A stretch of 64,000 nt of DNA from Tagaea sp. (GTDB taxonomy: Bacteria > Pseudomonadota > Alphaproteobacteria > CACIAM-22H2): assembly GCA_965279525.1 (NCBI GenBank), contig CBDIIB010000005.1, positions 640,001 through 704,000 of the forward strand. The letters are read 5' to 3'. Both the position numbers and the translations under genes were made by a program. Shown here piece after piece: positions 58,873-64,000 of this stretch (position 1 is the stretch's first letter; every line of letters begins with the position of its first letter). The notes beneath the pieces were generated by a model. That model did no database searches, had not been told where the DNA came from, and saw only the letters and a program-made list of their open reading frames with translations.

Positions 58873-61626
58873 TTACTGGGCAGTGCCGGCAACGGCGGCG
58901 TGCGGCGCGCGCTCGATGTCGTAAAGGAGTCCGCCGCGGCGCGTGTAAACGCCCCACGTGATCGCAATGCAGCTCAGGTAGAAGGCCAGGAACCCGACGA
59001 GGGCCAGCTCCGCCCCGCCCGTCATCGCGATCGACGTACCGAAGCTTTTGGGGATGAAGAATGCGCCGTAAGCCGCGATGGCAGACGTAAAGCCGATGAT
59101 CGCGGCCGCTTCCTTGTCGGACTGGCGGATCCTGTCTGCCGGCGACAGATGTGGCTCCAGACGCGACACCTCCCGGCGCATGATCGCCGGGATCATCTGG
59201 AATGTGGAGGCATTGCCGACACCCGATGCGGCGAACAGAAAGAGGAAGCTTCCCATGAACACCGGGAAGGCCATCGCCTCCCCCTTCATGCCGATCGCAT
59301 AGAGGACGCCAAGGACACCGAGGCTCATCGCGGCAAAGACCCATAGCGTCACGCGCCCGCCACCAAGCCGGTCGCTCGGTGTTCCGGCCGCAGCCCGCGA
59401 AAGCGCACCGACCAGTGGTCCGAGGAACGCGTACTTGAGCGTGTTGACGTCCGGGAACAGGATTTTTGACAGCAGCGGGAATGCCGCCGAAAAGCCGATG
59501 AACGACCCGAACGTTCCCGTATAGAGCCAGCACATGATCCAGTTGTGCCGGCGGCGGAAGATCACCGCCTGATCGGCGAACGACGCCTTCATCGTCGCGA
59601 TGTCGCTCATGCCGAACCATGCAGCGAAGGCGCTCGCGACGATGAACGGAACGAAGACGTAGCCGGCGTTCTGCAGCCAGAGCGGCGAAGTAATGCCGCC
59701 TTGGACCGCGTTTTGCGGATCGCCACCCAGCGTGCCAAACACACCGGCCGTGATCGCGAGCGGCACGACGAACTGAACGACGCTGACACCGAGATTTCCC
59801 AATCCGGCGTTGAGAGCAAGCGCGTTCCCCTTCTCGGCTTTCGGGAAGAAGAACGAGATGTTGGCCATCGACGAAGCGAAGTTACCGCCGCCGAATCCAC
59901 ACAGCAGCGCGAGGCCGAGGAATATCCAGTAGGGTGTCTCCGGATTCTGCACGAGCATGCCGATTCCGACGGCCGGTAGCAGCAGGGACCAGGTCGACAG
60001 CGTCGTCCACAGACGCCCGCCGAAAATCGCCGGCATAAAGCTGTAGAAGATCCGCAAGGTCGCACCCGAAAGGCCAGGCAGGGCCGCGAGCCAGAAGAGC
60101 TGTTCGTTGTCGAACTTGAAGCCGACCGTCGGCAGCTTGGCGACGACGACTGACCAGACCATCCACACCGCGAACGACAGCAGCAACGCCGGGATCGATA
60201 TCCACAGGTTCCGCCGAGCGATCGCGCGGCCTTTGTCTTGCCAGAACACGCGGTCTTCCGGACGCCAGTCAGCGATGGCGCCCGTACCGGCAAGAACGCC
60301 TTCCTGGGCCTTACCGTGAATAAGCTGCATTTCGGGCAGTTCGGGAAGTGTGCTGATGGCGACTCCACGTGCCGATGCATCGCGTTCCATCTGGCGCACG
60401 GCGATGTGCATCCAAACGAGGGATACGGAGACGATCGCGAACAGTAGCCAGAAGCAACTCTGCCAGACGCCCGTTAAATCGTTGAGCGCGCCGAACGCGA
60501 TGGGAAGGACGAAGCCGCCAAGACCACCGACAAGGCCGACAACGCCGCCCACCGCTCCCACCCGGTCCGGATAGTAGACCGGGATGTGCTTGTAGACCGC
60601 TGCCTTACCCAGGCTCATGAAGAAGCCGAGAACGAATGCGACGAGAATGAAGCCGACCAACCCCATGCGCGTCGAGAACGCGACCGGGCCGGCAATGCCT
60701 TCGATCACGTACTGGGTCGGCGGATACGACAGGACGAACGTACAGGCGATCGAGACCAGGAAGGTCCAGTACATGATGCGGCGTGCGCCGTACTTGTCGG
60801 ACAGGTGGCCGCCGTAGGCACGGAAGACTGAGGCCGGGATCGAGTAGGCAGCCCCGATCATGCCCGCTGTCGTGATATCGAGTCCGTAGACGCCGATCAG
60901 GTAGCGCGGCAGCCAAAGCGCGAGCGCAACGAAGGCGCCGAAGACGAAGAAGTAGTAGACGGCAAACCGCCAGACCTGGATGTTCATGAGCGGCTCGAGC
61001 ATCGCGGAGAGCGGCTCCGGCTTCTGGCCCGACTGGCGCCTGCGTGCGAGATCAGGGTCGTCTTTGGTCGTGAGGAAGAAGGCGACAGCGATTACGGCAA
61101 GCCCTATTGCCCAGACGATCGCAACAGTCTTCCAGCCATAGGCGACCATGATCGTTGGGGCGACGAACTTGGTGACCGCCGCCCCGACATTTCCAGCGCC
61201 GAAAATTCCCAATGCCGTGCCTTGCTGGGATTTCGGGTACCACTTCGCGACATAGGCCACGCCGACTGAGAACGAACCGCCGGCAATGCCCACGCCAAGT
61301 GCGGCGAGCAGGAACGTCGGATAGTCGTAAGCATAGGTAAGGAGTGCCGTCATGACGGCGGCACTCAACATCGTCAGCGTATAGACGACGCGGCCGCCGT
61401 ACTGGTCCGACCATATGCCGAGGATCAGGCGGATCAACGAACCGGTCAGGATCGGCGTGCCGACGAGTAGGCCGAACTGCGTGTCGGACAGGCCCAGATC
61501 CTTTTTGATCTGGATCCCGATGATCGCGAAGATGGTCCAGACCGCAAAGCACGCGGTGAAGGCGATCGTGCTCATCCACAGAGCTGTCTGTTGGCCCGCC
61601 GGCTTGATGTCGATCACGTTCGTCAC
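58873..61626 (-). CDS. narK: Fused NarK1-NarK2 nitrate/nitrite transporter
   Basis: Two MFS modules (GIFGAGNVG; GFGGGNFASSM, GLGNLG); 917 aa; GTG start with GGGGA RBS. Confidence 0.93.
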   Translation of the reverse strand: MTNVIDIKPAGQQTALWMSTIAFTACFAVWTIFAIIGIQIKKDLGLSDTQFGLLVGTPILTGSLIRLILGIWSDQYGGRVVYTLTMLSAAVMTALLTYAYDYPTFLLAALGVGIAGGSFSVGVAYVAKWYPKSQQGTALGIFGAGNVGAAVTKFVAPTIMVAYGWKTVAIVWAIGLAVIAVAFFLTTKDDPDLARRRQSGQKPEPLSAMLEPLMNIQVWRFAVYYFFVFGAFVALALWLPRYLIGVYGLDITTAGMIGAAYSIPASVFRAYGGHLSDKYGARRIMYWTFLVSIACTFVLSYPPTQYVIEGIAGPVAFSTRMGLVGFILVAFVLGFFMSLGKAAVYKHIPVYYPDRVGAVGGVVGLVGGLGGFVLPIAFGALNDLTGVWQSCFWLLFAIVSVSLVWMHIAVRQMERDASARGVAISTLPELPEMQLIHGKAQEGVLAGTGAIADWRPEDRVFWQDKGRAIARRNLWISIPALLLSFAVWMVWSVVVAKLPTVGFKFDNEQLFWLAALPGLSGATLRIFYSFMPAIFGGRLWTTLSTWSLLLPAVGIGMLVQNPETPYWIFLGLALLCGFGGGNFASSMANISFFFPKAEKGNALALNAGLGNLGVSVVQFVVPLAITAGVFGTLGGDPQNAVQGGITSPLWLQNAGYVFVPFIVASAFAAWFGMSDIATMKASFADQAVIFRRRHNWIMCWLYTGTFGSFIGFSAAFPLLSKILFPDVNTLKYAFLGPLVGALSRAAAGTPSDRLGGGRVTLWVFAAMSLGVLGVLYAIGMKGEAMAFPVFMGSFLFLFAASGVGNASTFQMIPAIMRREVSRLEPHLSPADRIRQSDKEAAAIIGFTSAIAAYGAFFIPKSFGTSIAMTGGAELALVGFLAFYLSCIAITWGVYTRRGGLLYDIERAPHAAVAGTAQ

Positions 61627-61685
61627 TCCCCAAATCCGTTTCGACTGGCTGTAGGGACGATGCGCGCGATGCCGATGCCGCCATC

Positions 61686-61699
61686 TTGATTCAGGTCAA
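61686..61699. promoter_or_regulatory. FNR/NarR-type box upstream of narK
   Basis: TTGAT-TCAG-GTCAA, about 60 nt upstream of the narK start. Confidence 0.8.
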
Positions 61700-61779
61700 T
61701 CTGTCGGGAGTGGCCTCAAACTATTTGCGCGTTACTTGATCGTGGGACCGGGTGCGCGCCACCGAAGTCAATTGCAGGC

Positions 61780-61793
61780 TTGATGGATATCAA
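61780..61793. promoter_or_regulatory. FNR box upstream of narK
   Basis: Perfect TTGAT-GGAT-ATCAA, overlapping the carbonic anhydrase stop. Confidence 0.8.
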
Positions 61794-62455
61794 GTGGCTC
61801 GCCCGGCGCGGGCGGACTCGATCTCGGGATCGAGAGGAGCGAAAACACCTGTTACCGGATCGAGAGTGTCGATGGCCCCGCTTGCGATATCGAAGTGCCA
61901 GCCGTGGATCGAGATATGGCCCGAAGTGATCCGCTCGGCGATCCAAGGATACGTGGCCAGATTGCGCACCGAGATGCAGATACCTCGCTGTTCGACCAGT
62001 CGCTCGCGCATCTCGATCGGCACCTCCGTTACGGCGCCGAGCGCTGAATCGCGCGCCTCTGCCGCGATTTCCACCCAGTCCGCGAGAAAGTCGAATCGCC
62101 GGCCATCGCGATACGGCCCCTGGATGAGTGCTCGGATGCCGCCGCACAGCCGATGGCCAAGCACGACGATGTGCTCGACCGACAGGCCCAGAACGGCAAA
62201 CTCAAGGGCTGAGGCCGTTCCATGCGCGCGACCGTCGGGCTCGTAGGGCGGAACGAGTGCAGCGACGTTCCGGATCACGAACAGGTCGCCAGGGGCCGAT
62301 TCGGTAATTATCGCCGGGTCGGTTCGGGAATCCGAGCAGGCAATGACCAGTACACGTGGAGCCTGACCATTGATCGCAAGCTCCTCAAAAAGCGTATGGT
62401 TTGTTTCAAAATAGTCTGCGCGAAAACTCCGGTAGCCTGAGAGAAGTCCTTCCAT
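61790..62455 (-). CDS. Beta-class carbonic anhydrase
   Basis: ACSDSR, LFVIRNVA, GHRLCGG zinc motifs. Confidence 0.92.
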   Translation of the reverse strand: MEGLLSGYRSFRADYFETNHTLFEELAINGQAPRVLVIACSDSRTDPAIITESAPGDLFVIRNVAALVPPYEPDGRAHGTASALEFAVLGLSVEHIVVLGHRLCGGIRALIQGPYRDGRRFDFLADWVEIAAEARDSALGAVTEVPIEMRERLVEQRGICISVRNLATYPWIAERITSGHISIHGWHFDIASGAIDTLDPVTGVFAPLDPEIESARAGRAT

Positions 62456-62541
62456 TGCAGTTCCGCGTCGACACCCGGTGCACATTTTCCACTCCGCATG
62501 ATCGAATGCGGCGACGATGCATTTGCGCACTCGGCGTCCGG

Positions 62542-62555
62542 TTGATCTAAGTCAA
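62542..62555. promoter_or_regulatory. FNR/NarR-type box between carbonic anhydrase and Crp/Fnr gene
   Basis: TTGAT-CTAA-GTCAA. Confidence 0.75.
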
Positions 62556-62610
62556 GGCAGACGGACGTTAGGTGAAATACCTTTGAGATAACTTGACATC
62601 TGCCAGCTGG

Positions 62611-62640
62611 TGGCCTGATCGCCGTCAACTCACCGGATGA
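62611..62640 (+). repeat. Degenerate copy of the miniature element end containing an FNR-like box
   Basis: TGGCCTGATCGCCGTCAACTCACCGGATGA versus TGGCCTGAGCCCGTGAACTCACCCGGTTGA, 26 of 31 columns; CTGAT-N4-GTCAA at 62615-62628. Confidence 0.5.
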
Positions 62641-62670
62641 TGGCTGTCAACCGGTCTCAGGGAGCACGAG

Positions 62671-63360
62671 ATGAAGGCTTCGGATCGAGCGACACTGGGC
62701 CAGACTCCAATATTCCACGACGTCCCGCCGGAGATCTGCGACCGACTTGCGATTGGTGCCTTCGTGCAAACGCTTCCGAAGGGAGCGCTCTTGTTCGAAC
62801 AGGGTGGCGAGGCCGAGTTCCTTCACGTGCTCCTCGACGGACGGTGCGGTCTCGTCGGCGCCAGATCCGACGGCGAAGAGTGCGTCGTCGAGATCATGCA
62901 TGCCGGTTCCGCCTTCATCCTGCCGGCAATTCTGCTTGAAGCGCCCTATCTGATGTCGGCACGGGTCTTCGAAACCTCACGGATCGCAATGATCCCTGCC
63001 GGCCCGTTGCGCCGCGCGCTCGATCAAGAGCCGCTCCTGATGCGGGCGGCGGCCTTCGATCTCGCCCGCTACTGGCGGGTCCTCGTGCAGCAGATCAAGG
63101 ACCTGAAGCTGCGTTCGGCCCATGAGCGTGTCGCGGCGCATCTCAGTACAATGTGCCGTGAGACAAGCACTGGACCGGCAGTCTTGAATCTCGATCAGGA
63201 GTTCCGATCCATTGCCGCGAAGCTCGGCATGACGCCGGAATCCTGGTCGCGATCCATAAAGCAACTGGAAACGGTCGGCGTCCGGGCCGTCGGCCGACGC
63301 ATCGAGATCGAAGACATAATTCGGCTGAGAGAATTTGCGAGAGTTGACGGCTTACAATAG
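62671..63360 (+). CDS. Crp/Fnr family regulator (NarR/DNR-like)
   Basis: LFEQG cNMP-like domain, LRSAHERVA, LGMTPESWSR HTH; no N-terminal Fe-S Cys cluster. Confidence 0.9.
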   Translation: MKASDRATLGQTPIFHDVPPEICDRLAIGAFVQTLPKGALLFEQGGEAEFLHVLLDGRCGLVGARSDGEECVVEIMHAGSAFILPAILLEAPYLMSARVFETSRIAMIPAGPLRRALDQEPLLMRAAAFDLARYWRVLVQQIKDLKLRSAHERVAAHLSTMCRETSTGPAVLNLDQEFRSIAAKLGMTPESWSRSIKQLETVGVRAVGRRIEIEDIIRLREFARVDGLQ

Positions 63361-63377
63361 AAATATTGTACTGCTCA

Positions 63378-63467
63378 TGGCCTGAGCCCGTGAACTCACC
63401 CGGTTGAAGGTAGAGTCTGTTCCGTATTTGACCCTTTCTGGGTGGTTGTGGCAACGGGGCGAGGCGC
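63378..63467 (+). mobile_element. ~90-bp miniature element, right copy (outer end degenerate)
   Basis: 63378-63407 identical to the reverse complement of 46474-46503; 54 of 62 ungapped matches to 63439. Confidence 0.65.
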
Positions 63468-63524
63468 GAAGCCCCTTGGGTAGCGCAGCGCTTTGCTTCG
63501 TAAACAGACCTTCCGAAGCGAACC

Positions 63525-64000
63525 TCACGATCGATCGTTCATCCGATCAATATAGGCAACAGTCCCAGACAGCAGCCGATCAATGTGCGCACGCATACGT
63601 CGCTCTGCGGCGCCGGGATCGCGGCGTTGGATCGCGTCCGCAATGGCTTCGTGATCCTGCGCAAGTGCCTTTGCATCCTTTTCGGTCTCGCGCTTCGTCC
63701 GTCGTGTCACCCCTGGATTGTGCGAAATCTTGTCAAGCAGCGGCGTGTCATTCTGTTCGATTGCGAGCAAGCCAATTTCGATCAGGAACTTGTGATGTGA
63801 TGCCTGGATCAGCTGGCAATGGAAGCAAACTGCTGGTTCAACCCGGCTGCCGCCTTCTGTCGGTGCAGAACAATGTGCCCGCGCGAAACTGTTGAGCTGG
63901 CGTATATCCTCGTCCGTTGCGCGCGTTGCCGCCAGACGCGCAGCCTCAGGCTCGATGGCGCGCCGTACCAGCAACATGTCACGCAGAGATTCAGCGCTCT
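63525..64000 (-). CDS. GntR/FadR-family regulator, FCD domain (5' end outside window)
   Basis: RRAIEPEAARLAA, FHCQLIQASH, DHEAIADAI..RD...AERRMRAH; frame open to the window edge. Confidence 0.85.
   Translation of the reverse strand, partial: SAESLRDMLLVRRAIEPEAARLAATRATDEDIRQLNSFARAHCSAPTEGGSRVEPAVCFHCQLIQASHHKFLIEIGLLAIEQNDTPLLDKISHNPGVTRRTKRETEKDAKALAQDHEAIADAIQRRDPGAAERRMRAHIDRLLSGTVAYIDRMNDRS

Overview
High-GC alphaproteobacterial-type chromosomal window (taxon inferred from gene families and codon style), densely coding. No rRNA, tRNA, CRISPR array, integrase or transposase was found. 1-46.4 kb is metabolic, transport and signalling backbone: a CodA/pterin-deaminase-like, twin FAD-oxidoreductase, twin flavodoxin-like, Rieske, NMT1-type ABC and amidohydrolase cluster with back-to-back sigma54-like promoters; a SigF/NrsF pair preceded by a SigF-type promoter and a small CxxC ORF; a PucG-like aminotransferase; an atypical seryl-tRNA synthetase; orphan ArsA; two MFS pumps; a membrane-anchored LOV histidine kinase behind a PAS chemoreceptor; TTT, ABC and TRAP transporters; mddA; and an odd M20 enzyme. 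From about 46.4 kb the DNA is visibly less GC-rich and looks acquired. It holds a GIY-YIG/DUF4357 nuclease divergent from a small Cys-rich ORF plus a protease-less Lon-like AAA+ ATPase, then a respiratory nitrate reductase cluster (carbonic anhydrase, fused narK, narGHJI, PPIase, degenerate hemerythrin, nnrS, Crp/Fnr regulator, FNR-type boxes). This 17-kb block is bracketed by inverted copies of a ~90-bp IS3-end-like miniature element (46414-46503 and 63378-~63467), with two further partial copies inside (49453, 62611). All calls come from motif reading by eye; no database search was run.
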